A stretch of 49,292 nucleotides of DNA from Nitrospira japonica. GTDB lineage: Bacteria; Nitrospirota; Thermodesulfovibrionia; Thermodesulfovibrionales; SM23-35. A program made the position numbers and the translations under genes. The stretch lies in the NCBI GenBank assembly GCA_020725385.1, contig DYFC01000016.1, positions 1-49,292 of the forward strand, written 5' to 3'. Shown one piece after another: positions 47,286 to 49,292 of this stretch; position 1 is the first letter of the stretch, and every line of letters begins with the position of its first letter. Below the pieces are notes generated by a model. It saw nothing but the letters and a program-made list of their open reading frames with translations, was not told where the DNA came from and searched no databases.

Positions 47286-49292
47286 ATGGGAAATAATATT
47301 TTTTCAAATATCTTGTTGCAATATACTTTTCTTATACTTACTCTTGCCAGTATAATCCTTTTTTTCAAAAGTATTTACAATAAAATTAAAACAAAACAAA
47401 TTTTATTAAGCCTCATTTGGATTACAATACTTGTTTTTTACTTAGCCATATTCATTATTAAATATCTTTTTCCCACAGAAGGTGTTGTCGGATGGGATGA
47501 TGCATCTAATATGCTCCGGGGGATAAACATTGCAGATGACATTTTAAATGGCCGATTTTCAGAATTTTGGCGCGACACAAATATGCAAACAATATGGGGG
47601 CCGGGTTATGCATGGCTTTTTGCATGGCTTTATATTGTTCTGGGGAAAATAAAGCTTGCTGGTTCTTTTCTATCTGTTTTGTCTTTTGTTATGAGTACTT
47701 TTGTTATATATCAAATAGGTCTTAAAATGAACCAGAAAAAAGGCTGGCTGGTAGGCAGTATTGCCGTCATATTTATGATTACTACGCCATATGCCATAAA
47801 ATTGTCAGCGATAGCCATGATAGAGCCTGTTCTATTATTTCTGCTTCCTTTTGTAATACTTGTAAGAATTAATAATGATGAAAACAACTCAAATATTAAT
47901 TCCATTATTTTTTCCCTTCTGGTTGCATTTATTTTTTTAACAAAATATAACTATGGTTTCTTGCTCATTGTAGCTAATTTGATTGCTGATTTTATTTTTT
48001 TTATTCGATCTACCGATAATAATAAAATCAAATTAACATCGAAAATCTTAATTTATAATTATGTTCCTTTATTTCTAATTATAATTCTTTGGTTTCTTTG
48101 GGAAACCAATTCAAAAATTGAAGGTTTTCTTTTTTTTATGAAAAATGTTCCAAGAATTGAGTCAGCCCTTTTCAGTGAATACAGGCTGTTTTATTATCCA
48201 AAGCTATTTTTATCCGAATATTCTTTTTTAGGAAAATTCTCACCAATAATCATACCATTTTTCATTATTGGTTTATTGAATAGTTATCGCAAGCCTTTTT
48301 TAAGAATGTCTTTATTTTTTATCATCTCTTTCATTGCTGCAACAATACACCCTTTGAAAGATACAAGATATTTTATTCCTTTTTTGCCATTTCTTTGGTT
48401 GCTTGTTTCTCTTGGTATTGTAATTTTTACAGAATGGATATCAAAATTATTAAAAGAAAATATATTTTCTAAAATATTCTATTTCACGACTATAACTTTT
48501 CTCATTTTGATTTTACCTCTTTATCAATTTAGCCGTCTTGATACCAAAGCCCGTTATTTATCAAGCGGGACATTATCCCCTAATTATTTTATGGCTAAGT
48601 CAATAAAAGAAATCTTAACAAAGATAAAATATGAAGCTAATGAAAGGAAAAAAATTATAATAGTTGGCACATTTGCCGAAATAAGTCCTGCTCTAATTAA
48701 ATTACATTTACATGGAGATATAAAGGAAAATACAAATTATGACATTCTCATTGATACATTTGAGAAAGAAGCGTCTAATTACGAGGAATTCTTAACCTCA
48801 TGGATAGATTCTCATCCTGAATATAGTATTGCTACTATACGCTTATCAGACAACTCACCATTTTTTGGACAAGACTATGAAAAATTTAATCTCTGGAAAA
48901 GAGAATACATTGATATTATTAATAAAAACTATAAAAAGTACGGCCTTGACCTCTACCATGAAAAGTATTTTTCTGAATATGGAATTGAATTTAAAATTTA
49001 TAGACAGAAACAGAAAGATATGCTTTCAGCTATAACATACAACTTTGAGCAGAATAAAAAAGGATGGAGTACAGACAGAATTAATATTAATGTTGGTATA
49101 ACAGACTTAAAAAAACATAAAGGCAGATTTAGCTTAAGGATAGCAGGTAGGGGCGAAACAGGGCAATGGAGCTTTGCGAGGTCTGAAAAGAATATGATTA
49201 TACCGGGGAAACTCTACAAATTTTCTGGCTGGATGCTTATTGATTCTATCAGTAGTGATACATCTAATTTCAAGTGTGAATTCTGGTCAGGG
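47286..49292 (+). CDS. GT-C (ArnT/PMT-like) membrane glycosyltransferase with C-terminal CBM-like domain; 3'-truncated by the window edge, absent from the ORF track
   Basis: Translated by hand: open from ATG 47286 (MGNNIFSN...) to the window end; GWDDA, WGPGY, AMIEP, TKYNYG, KDTRYFIPFLP, then YNFEQ...GW...HKGRFSLRI...PGKLYKFSGW. Confidence 0.85.
   Translation, partial: MGNNIFSNILLQYTFLILTLASIILFFKSIYNKIKTKQILLSLIWITILVFYLAIFIIKYLFPTEGVVGWDDASNMLRGINIADDILNGRFSEFWRDTNMQTIWGPGYAWLFAWLYIVLGKIKLAGSFLSVLSFVMSTFVIYQIGLKMNQKKGWLVGSIAVIFMITTPYAIKLSAIAMIEPVLLFLLPFVILVRINNDENNSNINSIIFSLLVAFIFLTKYNYGFLLIVANLIADFIFFIRSTDNNKIKLTSKILIYNYVPLFLIIILWFLWETNSKIEGFLFFMKNVPRIESALFSEYRLFYYPKLFLSEYSFLGKFSPIIIPFFIIGLLNSYRKPFLRMSLFFIISFIAATIHPLKDTRYFIPFLPFLWLLVSLGIVIFTEWISKLLKENIFSKIFYFTTITFLILILPLYQFSRLDTKARYLSSGTLSPNYFMAKSIKEILTKIKYEANERKKIIIVGTFAEISPALIKLHLHGDIKENTNYDILIDTFEKEASNYEEFLTSWIDSHPEYSIATIRLSDNSPFFGQDYEKFNLWKREYIDIINKNYKKYGLDLYHEKYFSEYGIEFKIYRQKQKDMLSAITYNFEQNKKGWSTDRININVGITDLKKHKGRFSLRIAGRGETGQWSFARSEKNMIIPGKLYKFSGWMLIDSISSDTSNFKCEFWSG

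Noticed and set aside
741-49035. Many 60-160 aa ORFs antisense or out of frame within assigned genes (for example 2159-2551, 21746-22201, 39063-39548, 47711-47905, 48829-49035)
   Set aside because: Shadow ORFs of well-supported genes with no independent motifs or SD sites
1-49292. tRNA, rRNA, transposase, integrase or prophage genes
   Set aside because: None recognised in the sequence or the translations

Overview
AT-rich bacterial chromosomal window. Gene content and style suggest an anaerobic Nitrospirota/Thermodesulfovibrionia-like organism, but that is inference. It is mostly housekeeping: glnS-gpsA-larB, a TPP-riboswitch-controlled thiSGECD operon, pncBA, moaE-like, radA, cutA, ogt, birA-coaX-galT-like-usp and parAB-trxB-like. 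Accessory loci sit among these: (i) a sigma54-promoter operon encoding a chagasin/I42 inhibitor and a secreted papain-family protease; (ii) a 2393-aa secreted multidomain protein with a candidate nucleotidyltransferase motif, TPRs and a C-terminal WSC domain; (iii) a c-di-GMP signalling pair (HD-GYP regulator plus hybrid kinase with degenerate GGDEF); (iv) an 8-repeat CRISPR array with no cas genes in the window; (v) a very AT-rich glycosylation island at the right end. The island holds the strongest candidate for an undescribed system: an apparent homolog of the eukaryotic ER glucosyltransferase ALG10/DIE2 next to an ALG5-like polyprenyl-phosphate glucose synthase and two further GT-C-type proteins. 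Several intergenic regions carry 7-9 bp periodic, partly mirror-arranged microrepeats. All family assignments come from motif recognition by eye and memory; no searches were run.
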